The translations under genes were made by a program, and so were the position numbers. DNA of 64,000 bases. Source: Eledone cirrhosa. Its lineage: Eukaryota. The DNA is taken from the NCBI GenBank assembly GCA_964016885.1, contig OZ024740.1, positions 202,492,001 through 202,556,000 of the forward strand, given 5' to 3'. The notes beneath the pieces were generated by a model. That model was not told the origin of the DNA. It ran no database searches and saw nothing but the letters and a program-made list of their open reading frames with translations. Shown here piece by piece: positions 53,292 through 64,000 of the stretch (the stretch's first letter is position 1; each line of letters begins with the position of its first letter).

Positions 53292-54701
53292 TTAAGGCTA
53301 CTGTTCCATGTAGCTCTGTTCTATTGTTCATTAGTGGTTTGTGGGTTTATAATTAAGGCCTCTTTAATTCTTAAATCCTCCACATAACTCTCTGTTGCCT
53401 CTATGGTGACCTGCAACATTTATCGAGGTGTTCATGTGTAACATCTGGTCAGTACTTCCAATGTATGAGGAACCTCATCGTCTGTATGTGACCTTGTAGA
53501 CCGTATACATTCTCAGGAACACTTCCAACACGCTATACATAGGCAGCAGGGTTCTGAACATACAACTGGTACTCAGGATACTTCCTGATCACACTACTCA
53601 TCAAACCCCGACCTGCATACAATAATGTATGCACACTTCCTAACAATCCCATTGACAACTGTATGTAGTTCTCAGGATCACATAAAGACATTGGAAGTTC
53701 TGTCTAGATGTTACATATGGATTAAGCTTCCTCTGTCAAAAATCACCTTGATAACTGCCACAACTGAGACATTGAGGATTGTATATATATATATATATAT
53801 ATAGTAATAATAATAAATTTGAAGACTAAAATCCAAAGAGGGCTCGATAAGGATAAATATATATCAAATATATAAGAACGGTAGAGCAAATATTTATTAT
53901 TTATTATCTGTTATTTTAATAAATATATATATATATATATATATGTATAATATGCTTTGTATGGTTTTTAAAATTATTTAAATTTATATTTCCTATTCAA
54001 CAAGGCTTCAAGCAAATTACAACACTCTGTTATATATATTTATATATTAGCATTGAAAAATGGACATTAAATGGTGATGATGATGATAAATATATATATA
54101 TATGACAAGCTTTTGCAGATTTTGCTTACCAAATTCCATGCACAAGACATTGGTCAACCTGAAGCTATAGTAGAAAGCATTTGCCCAAGGTGTCACACAG
54201 TGGAATTGAACCTGAAACCATATGGTTGGGAAACAAACTCCTTAATCCCACAGCCATGTGGTGTTTGTAGTCCTTTTTCTTTAGAATTTGGTAAAAATAA
54301 CAAACAAACAAGAAAGAGACTGGAAATTGTCTCATAGTAAAGTGCTTGGTTTGTCATTCTCTCATTCTTCATTGCAACCGTTTATATTTTTATTTCTTAT
54401 TTTATCTATTTATTCATTTTCGCTTTAACTTCAGAGAAGAAACACATAAAACCAGGATGAGGTGGAGGTGTGCTGTGGGGAAGATTTAAAATTCCACATC
54501 TATTTTTTACCATTTTTTTTTTTTGTGAAATAGTTTCAAAAATGCCCTCCCTAAATAACAAGGGAACAAAAGAAATAAACAAAATAGAAAAAAATAGAAT
54601 ATATATATATATATATATATACATAAAAAAAATGTCTTCTTCTCCCCCTCCATCTCCTTTTTCATCTTGATCTTCTTTTATTGTTATTAGTATTATTTTT
54701 A

Positions 54702-54895
54702 GGGTGGTAGATTGGTAGTATCAGTGGAGCATCGGACAACATGCTTTATGGCATAGAGTTACAGCCTTTTATGATCTAAGTTCAAATAATGCCGAGGTTA
54801 GCTTTGCCTTTCACTCTTATGGGGTCAATTTAATCAACTTTCCCCTCCCCTTCAAAATGCTGGCCTTGTGCCTAAAGTAGAAACAATTATTAATT
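54702..54895 (+). mobile_element. SINE family 1
   Basis: Match to 17851-18041. Confidence 0.85.
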
Positions 54896-55094
54896 ATTAT
54901 AAATAAATATATTTCACAAGTTTTTCATATCTGTAACTAAATCCTTTTATTCTTTACATGTGACAACATTCTTTATATATTTACACATCTCCAGTTTTTC
55001 TTCAGTTTTAGGAAAGGTATTTATTGCTCCACTGTCCTCATTGCTTTTTTTCATTGTTGTTGCCAAAATATTTCTTGAAAGAAAAAAATAAATT

Positions 55095-55340
55095 TGTCTT
55101 TCATTGTCCTTCTTTTTCTTTTTTCTTCTTTTCTTTTTCTTTTTTCTTTTTTTCTTTTTTTTCTTTTTTCTTTTTTCTTTTATCTTTTTTCTTTTTTTTT
55201 TCTTTTTTCTTTTTTCTTTTTTCTTTTTCCTTTTTTCTTTTTTCTTTTTTCTTTTTTCTTTTTTCTTTTTTCTTTTTCTTCTTTTCCTTTCTTTTCCTTT
55301 TCCTTCTTTTTATTTTTCTTCTTCTTTCCCCCCTCCTCCT
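55095..55340. repeat. Polypyrimidine (T4-9C)n tract
   Basis: Directly visible. Confidence 0.9.
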
Positions 55341-55428
55341 GTTTACACAATGTGGCATTGATTTATTTTCTGGGTGACATTTGCTACTCAAATTTGTTTT
55401 TGTTTACACACATACATACACGTGTGTT

Positions 55429-55480
<52 letters not shown>

Positions 55481-55738
55481 AGTCCCCGCCAAAGAAGTAA
55501 AACAAGAACAGGGCTAAACTAGCGCCAAACATCTACCAACCCAGAATTTAATCTCACCAAAATTTAATTAAATATTTCTTTAGTCATTATTTCTATTGGA
55601 ACCGTTGAGTGGTGATCCATGGTCTTCCAACACGTCTTGGAGAGCAGTATCTCCAAATAAGATCTACCTTTGACTATGACAACCTAGCCAACACATGCCA
55701 GTACAGAAAGCAGGCATATGATGATGGTGACATTAATG

Positions 55739-55780
<42 letters not shown>

Positions 55781-55782
<2 letters not shown>

Positions 55783-55953
55783 AAAATGTTTGACCCCGAC
55801 GGCAGAGCTCAAGCTCTTTTGACGGCTATTTCTGGACTAAATTAGAATTTTTACCATGGTAAATAAATTATTTACCACGCTAAAAATTCTAATTTAGTCC
55901 AGAAATAGCCGTCGAAACGGCTTGAGCTCTGCCGTTGGGGGCAAACATTTTCC
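55781..55953. mobile_element. 173-bp near-perfect palindrome (fold-back MITE-like), TA-flanked
   Basis: TA|GGAAAATGTTTG.CCCC.ACGGCAGAGCTCAAGC...GCTTGAGCTCTGCCGTTGGGGGCAAACATTTTCC|TA. Confidence 0.8.
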
Positions 55954-56055
55954 TATTACCCACTCTACTACCCTAAGTATTGAGTATTCTGGTGCGTTAT
56001 GGTCCATCTGGTTCCTTACCACACTCCCTTTGTTATATATATATATATATATACA

Positions 56056-58677
56056 TATGGTCACATTGGACATCTCCAGGATGGTTACACTGAGGTACAT
56101 GGTGGGCACGGTTACGGCTCAAGAAGTGAAGAAGGAGTGAGACTTCTTGAATTTTGTGATGGAAGTACACTGACTATTTGCAACACTAACTTCCAGAAAC
56201 CTGCCAACCACCTAATAACCTACAAATCAGGCGAGCACATAAGCCAGATTGACTTCTTACTAGTTAGGCAGCGGGACAGGCAGATGGTGTCAAATACCAA
56301 GGCATACCATGGGAAAGAATGTACCCCACAGCATAGGTTAATAGTTAGTGATATCTCAGTAAGCAAGAGATGGAATGAGTCATACAGGAAGGTGTGGAGA
56401 AGAAAGGTCTGGAAGCTAAAAGACCTTTCACTAAAATACAAATTTAGGAAAGCCCTTCAAGATGTGTATGACGAAAAAGAAGACGATTTAGAGACGTATG
56501 ACAGATAATAACTGGAATTTCTAACGTGACAACTTACTGCAGGCTACTGATGAAACTTGTGGCTGGAGCTGAGCTCCAACCAGACAGAGAGTGACCTGGT
56601 GGTGGAACAGCACAGTAGATAAGGCGATTAGAGACAAAAGACTAGCATGGAAGGCTTGGAAAAAGGGTGAGAGTAGAGAAGGATATACAGCCGCTAAGAG
56701 AGAAGCTTGACGTCAGGCTACTTAGCCCGCAGGGAGGCTGAGAGTAGGAAGTTTGCCAATGTTCTGCGATGGGAAGATCAGAAGCGTGCGGTGTTCCACA
56801 TTGTAAGGCAGTGTGTCAATGCAAATCAGGATGTTGTTGGAGATAAATGTGTCCGGAATGATGCTGGTGTACTTAGTGTCACGAATGATCAGAAAAAGGA
56901 GGCCTGGAAATGTCATTATGAGACTGATGAATGTGGAGAACAAATGGGAGAGAGAGAGAGAAATTACCCTCAGTAGATCTGACAGAGGAACCAGCTATTG
57001 AGATTGACGAATATAGGGTCCAAGAGGCGATTAAGGAAATGAAAAATGGTAAGGTTGCTGGACCGTCGAGGATAGTTGCTGAGATGCTGAAGGCATCAGG
57101 GGGCGTAGGCACTAAACTGGTTGCACGCATCATTAATCAGGCTATATATGGTGGTGTCATGCCCAAAGACTGGTGCAGCAGTATTCTCATAAATTGCTAC
57201 AAAGGTAAAGGGGATGCTCTGGAGAGGAGCAATTATAGGGGTATAAAACTGATGGATCTGGTTATGAAAGTGGCAGAAAGGATATTAGCACAACTAATTA
57301 GAGAAAGGGTCAAACTAGATGAGATGCAGTTTGGTTTTGTGCCTGGGAAAAGTACAACAGATGCCCGCTTCTTGGTGAGACAATTACAAGAGAGGTTCTT
57401 AGAGAAGAATAAGCCACTATACTTAGCCTTTGTTGACCTAGAGAAGGCCTTTGATAGGGTACCCCAATCTGTCATCTGGTGGTCCCTAAGGAAACTAGGT
57501 GTTGAAGAATGGCTTGTGAGGACAGTGCAAACTTTGTACAGAGGTGCTGTCAGTAAAGTCAGGGTAGAAATGGAGTTTAGTGAGGAATTCCAGATACAAG
57601 TAGGAGTACATCAAGGTTCGGTCCTCAGCCCACTCTTGTTCATTATAGTCCTCCAAGCCATAACAGAGGAGTTTAAGACTGGCTGTCCATGGGAACTTCT
57701 CTATGCTGACAATCTGGTACTCATAGCAGTATCAGTAGAGGAGCTAGAGAATAAATTCTGGCTATGGAAACAGCAGTTGGACGCAAGAGGACTGAGAGTG
57801 AACCTAGCTAAGACAAAAGTGTTGATGAATAGAAAAGAGGACAAAACTCTGATTCCATCAGGGAAATGGCCATGTTCGATATGCAGAAAAGGAACTGGCA
57901 TAAATTTTATAAAATGCACACAATGCAGATGCTGAGTACACAAGATATGTAGTGGGATAGCAGGCAAACTAACAGGTAGGGAGAAATATGTATGCAGTAG
58001 ATGTACAGGGAAATTAGACAGTAGAAGTCGCACTGATAGACACATTTTTCAAATGCAGGTGGGTGCTATAGAAGAGGTGGATAGCTTCCAGTACCTAGGG
58101 GATCAGATTAGCATGGGAGAGGGGTGTTCCGAGGCCATAATATCTAGAATAAGGACGGGTTGGAAGAAGTTTAGGGAGCTGCTTCCTCTGCTGATGAAGA
58201 AGGGTTTCTCCCTGCGTACGAAAGGCCGGTTATATGATGCCTGTGTGAGGAGTGCGATGCTGCATGGTAGTGAGACATGGGCAGCAACTGCAGAGGATAT
58301 GCGACGGCTGGAGAGAAATGAGGCAAGCATGCTCCGTTGGATGTGCAGTGTCAATGTGCGTGAACGACCCAGCATTAATGTGTTGAGAGAGAAACTGTGT
58401 CTGAGAGGGATAGAATGTAGTGTGCGAGAGAGGAGACTGAGGTGGTATGACCATGTGATGCGCATGGAGGATGACCGATGGGTGAAGAAGTGCGAGGAAA
58501 TGCCAGTTGAAGGAAGACCACGAAAAACATGGGCAGAGGTGGTGAGAACAGACCTCATATCGCTGAAGCTCACGGTGGAGATGACGAAGGACCGTGACAA
58601 GTGGAGAGATGCTGTGCTGAATAAGACCTGTCCCACTCTTACAAGCAGGGAAAAGCGGATGTAAAATGATGATGATG

Positions 58678-58679
<2 letters not shown>
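56056..58679 (+). mobile_element. RTE LINE family C, 5'-truncated and degraded (partial APE, RT, PHD finger, C-terminus)
   Basis: ORFs 55999-56508, 56931-57935 and 58053-58664; stops and frameshifts; ORF runs almost to the (GAT)n tail. Confidence 0.95.
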
Positions 58680-58732
<53 letters not shown>

Positions 58733-58779
58733 TGTAAAAGAATCCAAAGAACGCTTACATACTCAAACAGTTTTTATTT

Positions 58780-58824
58780 GCTTACAATGTTTCATCCATA
58801 CCATTTGGTAGGAACCATCAGAGC
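58780..58824 (-). ncRNA. Type I hammerhead-like motif in PLE pLTR
   Basis: GCT-CTGATGG-TTCCTACC(aaat)GGTATGGAT-GAAA-CATTG-TA-AGC followed by AATAAA. Confidence 0.55.
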
Positions 58825-60089
58825 TTAAACACAGTGCCGAGTATAAGCTCTACCAAGCTTAGTCACACGAACAATCAGAATACAATAGAGGGTAAAGATA
58901 GGGAGATCGGAGATGGCGAATAAGTAGAGAGTACATGCTGGGGTTGTTAAGCACCACAGCTAAATGCTAGGGCACAAGCGGATCTCACAAGATGCAGATG
59001 CAATTGATGGCACACAAAATCAAAAAATACAAACAATGGTTAAAACATAATAAAAAAGTAAAACGGAGATAATATAAAGAGATAAAAAGTGAAAAAGGTA
59101 GATTTTTTTTTTTTTTATTTTAAAGGGAAAGAAGTGAAAAAAGAAAGAAGGAAAAAAAAAAAAAAGAGTTTTAAGCACATAAAAAAGCCAGAGGAATTTA
59201 AGCGCTGGTCTCTATATAAGTAAATAGGATCCCAGTAACTTATAGTTACATAAGCACTAATATGCTTTTAAGGTACATCCAGAAAGACCACAGTAATTAA
59301 AATCCCCTCCATAGTATACATATACAAGGTATATTGGTAGGTACTTGAATTACGTAGCCCAGGGTGCTCCACAAGCATATAGACAGGCAACACATAAATG
59401 CAAGCTATACACAAGCGAAGTGAGGTTATTACAGGATAGAGCAGAGTAAAACAAGTATATAGACAGGCACCACAAATAAAGTAAGCTATACACAAGTAAA
59501 GCGGGGTTACTATAAGATAGAGCTGCGACAATAGCCCCACAGTATTATTTCAGTTACTGTAAAACCAACTGGCAAAGAGTTACTACACATGTATATTAAC
59601 CGTATAGGCTAGACCAATCGGCCACATATGTCCCGATTGTCTAGGGGTTATATAGAAATAGGATTGTCATTAGATAACCAATCAGTCTAAATTATACACA
59701 TATGTAGATCGTTCAAAAGTAAAAATAGTTGGATTTATACTATCACTCAAACATAGCATCTCATCCAGTAACAAGAATTACATGCTGGATATATACATAA
59801 AAAAAAAAACCCATATGTTTAAGATCACAGATCGTATAGCATAATGTGTTTAATTTTCAACTCCAGATTTTATATAACCAAAGTCTCCACACACAATCCA
59901 GTGAAGAATATGTCAAAAACAATTCCTGGTAAAAGCGGCAGCAATCTGGAACAGCATGTGGGTAAACAATCTATACAAAACAGAAAAGGAAATAACACAA
60001 AGTGCCCATGTCATTAAATCCACCAGGTACCTCAGCATGTCTGCTAGGTGGGGTCAAACCCAAACATGTATACAGATATTATATAAGAC

Positions 60090-60278
60090 GTAAGGGCGGT
60101 GGATTGGCAGTATCGGTAGAGGGTCGAACGCCATGCTTTCCAGCATAGTTACGTCCCTTTACGATCTGAGTTCAAATCCCGCTGAGGTTGACTTTGCCTT
60201 TCATCCTTATGGGGTCGATAAAATAAAGTACTAGTAATGCACTGGGTAATTGCTGGCCTTGTGCCTAAAGTAGAAACA
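60090..60278 (+). mobile_element. SINE family 1 nested in the PLE, 12-bp TSD
   Basis: ATTATATAAGAC at 60078-60089 and 60279-60290. Confidence 0.9.
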
Positions 60279-61114
60279 ATTATATAAGACAGCTTACATA
60301 CCCCGTATTTATAAATCTGGCTCTAAATAACGTTACCTCTTTCATCGCCGCTAAGGGTATAAAAATACACATCTATTGATGACGCTTTCAGTCATCAAAT
60401 AATAATGACGTAAAGTTGGTAAATAAAGGGGGACTACTCTAATTTGTCATCTATAGGGTTATTTAATTCGAACTGCAAACTAAATAAAAATAAGTAGAAA
60501 AATAATATTTAATCACCAGCAGAACCTCATACTAATTCGACAAATTCGTATTAATAAAAACTATATTGTTATTAAATATTAATGGACCTGCAGCATTGTC
60601 ACTAAAGACTACTAAAACTTGGTTACTATATGAAAAGTCGAAAAGTCCAACGGCAGCATTACCAGTACCAATGGGGGAGTGTTCTATCAGGAGTAAAGAT
60701 TTAAACTCTACGGTATAGGGAACTCACAAATTCCTAATGTGCAAGCCCAGTGTTCTCAATCCCGGTATAACCTGTATGTATTACCAAGGGTGGGGAGTGG
60801 GCAGTGCACGGCAATTTCGCATTAGGGAGGGTCCAACTATTTAACCATATACACCCAAATGGGTCTGTAGGACTAAGTCCAATGGGACAAGTCGTGGGAT
60901 TACCCTCCTCGTGAGGCATACCAGATACCTATCGAAAACAGGCGACCAGCAAAAGCAAAGGAACAGAAGTCTCCACTATTATACAAACTCACAGACCGAG
61001 GGGATCCACAGGGGTGTGAGAAAATAGTTGGTTAAGGAACTAGAATTAATGAGGCAGAAAGTTAATAGAGTGTTGCAGTGGTACTGTATAGGGAGGAGTT
61101 ATTCTTCAGCAGAT

Positions 61115-61630
61115 CTAAGTAATTGGCTTAAAGTGTTGAAAGGAATTAAGGTTCATGTGTATACAAGAAGAGAATATCTCCGATTTCCTATTGAGCAAGT
61201 TACATTTAAAGTATATTATGGCGTGAGACTCTAGAATGCACAGGTTACAAGTTTTGCTCGGGGGGGGGGGGGTGTATGGCGTAGATTTAGTCACCAACTT
61301 CCAATTGAGTGTATAATCTATACTATCATTTTTTTTAAAATGAATATGTTTAGCTAGGGAGGTGGCATTCCTAAGCCTATTATAACTAAATGTATAATTG
61401 TGTGAGTTGTATCTAGTTTTGAATGATGTAGAAGTAGAGCTCACGTATGTTTTGGTGGAGGTTGCTGTTACAACATCACATGCATAAACTATGTTTTTCA
61501 TGAGGCATTTTCCTTTTAAAGGGCAATTTTCACTCCGTCTACAATTACAATTTTGGTGTGTGCTGTTGTTCAAGCCTTGGGATGGCCGGTTGTGTGCCAT
61601 CAATTGTATCTGCATCTTGTGAGATCCACT
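61115..61630 (-). pseudogene. PLE GIY-YIG endonuclease remnant (Naiad-like cysteine pattern)
   Basis: CNCR..NCPLKGKCL..NIVY...KTYVSST..FKTRYNSH...CNLCILES...LLNRKSEI...CIH; the first ~30 aa of the listed ORF come from the inverted pLTR. Confidence 0.8.
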
Positions 61631-61861
61631 TGGATGAAACATTGTAAGCAAATAAAAACTGTTTGAGTATGTAAGCGTTCTTTGGTTTCTTTTACATATA
61701 ACGACTTTGTTCTCGTACATTGAGCTAATACAATACCGTCAAAATATAACATGGTGCATGTGTGTTTATGCACATTCACTCCGTGCTATACATACGTATA
61801 TACATATACATATAAATATATATATATACATATAAATATATATATATATATACATATATAC

Positions 61862-61892
<31 letters not shown>

Positions 61893-61931
61893 TACATATA
61901 AATATATATATATACATATATACATATAAAT

Positions 61932-63264
61932 ATCATCATCATCATCATCATCATCGTTTAACGTCCGTGTTCCATGCTTGCATGGGTTTGGACGGGGGTT
62001 TTCCCACTTGAGGCAAGAGTGATTGTCTTGCTCGCATAGGACTGTCTGGCAGGTTTTCTACAGCTGGATGCCCTTCCTAACACCAACCACATTTACAGTG
62101 TGGGTCTGGGAGGTTTTTACCGTGTTGCCTACATGGCCACATTACAGCGTGGACTGTGTGTTTTTTTGTCGTGACACCTACACGATCTCATTTGTTTCGG
62201 CCTGGATGGTGTGGCACCAACATAACTTTACATAGAAGGGGGGCGGTGTGGATGGGGTGGGGGTGGTGGGACGGGGGTGTATTTTGTTAGAGATGCCTAC
62301 TGACTGTAGTAGGTTTTACTTTGTATTTAGGTAAGGCGGGTCTTCTCTATTACTGAGTACCGCCAAAGGTCTCGGTCCAGTGACATTGTCTTGGTGAGGT
62401 GTAAGTGTGTGAGGTCGGAGTTTATCAGCTCGTCCCAGGTTTTTCTGGGTCTGCCTATTCCGTGGCTACCGTCTATCTTTATTGCCCTGCACTTTGTTAT
62501 ACAGCTATCGTCCTTCATGCGCATCACGTGACCATACCAACGTAGCCTTCTCTCTAGTAAACAACATCTGATCCCTCTTATTTCTAATTTTTTCCTTAGT
62601 TCGTTTATGCTTTGTCGTTCACGTATATTACTATTACACATCCAGCGGAGCATGCAAGCTTCGTTTCTCTCTAGTCTGCGTATATCCTCTGCACACAATG
62701 CCCAGGTCTCACTGCCATGCAACATTGCTGTTCGTATGCAGGCATCGTACAACCTGCCTTTCATTTTTAGGGAGAACCCTTTAGCAGCTAATAGTCGTAT
62801 AAGCTCTCTGAACTTTTTCCACCCAGTTCTGACTCTAGCTACTGTACTTTCAGAGCACCCTCCCCCACTGCTGATTTTGTCACCCAGGTAACGGAAGCTG
62901 TCCACTATTTCTATAGAACCATCTGAGCAGTTGAAAGAGCTAGTATTTTGTGGGCACTTGCTGCTACTTATTGCCCCAGAACACCGGCCACATGTAAAAT
63001 CTATGTTCTTTGTTAGCTTACCTGTGATCCCACTACATCTTTTATGAACCCAAACTTTGCATTTGGGACACAAAATGGAATTTCTACCTACGCCTTTCCT
63101 ACACTCTGCGCATGGCCACTTCCCGGAGGGGACCGCCGCCTTATTTTCTTTCTTACAAACTAGAACTTTAGTCTTAGCCAGGTTAATTTTAAGGCCTTTT
63201 GATTCTAGCCCGTGCTTCCATGTTTGGAATTTCTTCTCTAGCTCGGCCATTGATTCAGCTATGA
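61932..63264 (-). mobile_element. RTE family A, 5'-truncated
   Basis: ORF 62327-63304 ([11 protein letters not shown]...PHD finger...EKTRLT); TA arrays on both sides. Confidence 0.97.
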
Positions 63265-63331
63265 TCATCTGCGTATATATATATATATATATATATATAC
63301 GCATATAAATATGCTGGGTCCGTCAACTCCT

Positions 63332-63363
<32 letters not shown>

Positions 63364-63391
63364 ATAATATCTATATATGTACATATATATA

Positions 63392-64000
63392 TAAAGCGTA
63401 GAAATATCCGAGACCCCCCAGTAGACAACTTATGAGGACCCCCCTGTTCTTGCTTTCTTCGTATTCCCACTGTATTGTAAGTTACCTTAAATAGCAACTA
63501 CACAGCCATTTCTATTCTCCATATATTTCATCATGTTTTTCGCTGTGACCATTCTTCTCTCCCCCTTCTACCTTCATATTTCGCCACTTTCTACGCTCAC
63601 CCCTCTTTCTTCCTCTCACTTTCTCCCTATCTCCTCTTACTCCACTTTCCTCCTCTCCCTTTCTCCCTCTCACTTTCACCCCCTCGTCTGACCATTTAGC
63701 AGATCTCTTCTCACTTACAACTGCGGCCATCAGACGTGTGTCTTTTCTCTCGATTACTCGGTCTCGAACTTAAGTTCTATTATCGAGTGGTCTTGGATTT
63801 CCTACCTATAGTTGCTCGCACATTGCTTGGTTTGTGTTTTTTTTTCGCTGTTTTGTTACTGTTTCTCTTTTCTTCCCCTTTGCTTTCCTTCCCTCCTTCC
63901 TTCGTTTTCCCAATAACTTATTCAGTTATTGACGCCTTGGGGTGAAGTGGTATCTTGTCTTTAAAGCGTAGAAATATCCTCGACCCCCAGTAGACAACTG
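63392..64000 (+). repeat. Unclassified element with a ~39-bp direct repeat 570 bp apart (runs off the window)
   Basis: TAAAGCGTAGAAATATCC..GACCCCCAGTAGACAACT at 63392-63430 and 63962-63999. Confidence 0.55.

Larger units (their letters stand above)
58731..61786 (-). mobile_element. Penelope-like element, 5'-truncated, with an inverted pLTR segment
   Basis: GIY-YIG domain at 61115-61630; 58731-58798 is the reverse complement of 61631-61698; hammerhead motif at 58780-58824. Confidence 0.7.

Noticed and set aside
55024-55522. Phe-rich and Lys-rich ORFs
   Set aside because: Translations of the polypyrimidine tract
63269-63304. Palindrome TGCG(TA)nCGCA
   Set aside because: (TA)n is self-complementary; only 4 extra bp pair

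Overview
This is eukaryotic, AT-rich and almost entirely repeat-derived DNA, probably intronic or intergenic. The SINE and RTE-LINE families resemble those of octopod cephalopods (inference from recalled family features). No intact host protein-coding gene can be supported. Contents: (1) at least five RTE-clade LINE families, including one near-full-length but frameshifted copy at ~27.3-30.9 kb, three of which carry a C4HC3 PHD-type finger inserted in the RT; (2) two copies of a DD37D (maT) Tc1/mariner transposon; (3) a 5'-truncated Penelope-like element with a GIY-YIG endonuclease, an inverted pLTR segment and a hammerhead motif; (4) further hammerhead-bearing PLE remnants; (5) a CRE-clade endonuclease fragment; (6) three tRNA-derived SINE families; (7) fold-back MITE-like elements; (8) 22-, 34-, 35-, 45-, 49- and ~115-bp minisatellites; (9) long interrupted (TA)n arrays abutting the young LINE copies. 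Leads most worth following: hammerhead ribozymes including variant cores, the PHD-in-RT LINEs tied to (TA)n arrays, a SINE with a two-LINE chimeric tail, a 45-bp repeat that may be a mucin-like exon, and a candidate recursive splice site. Coordinates were read by eye and may be off by a few bases.
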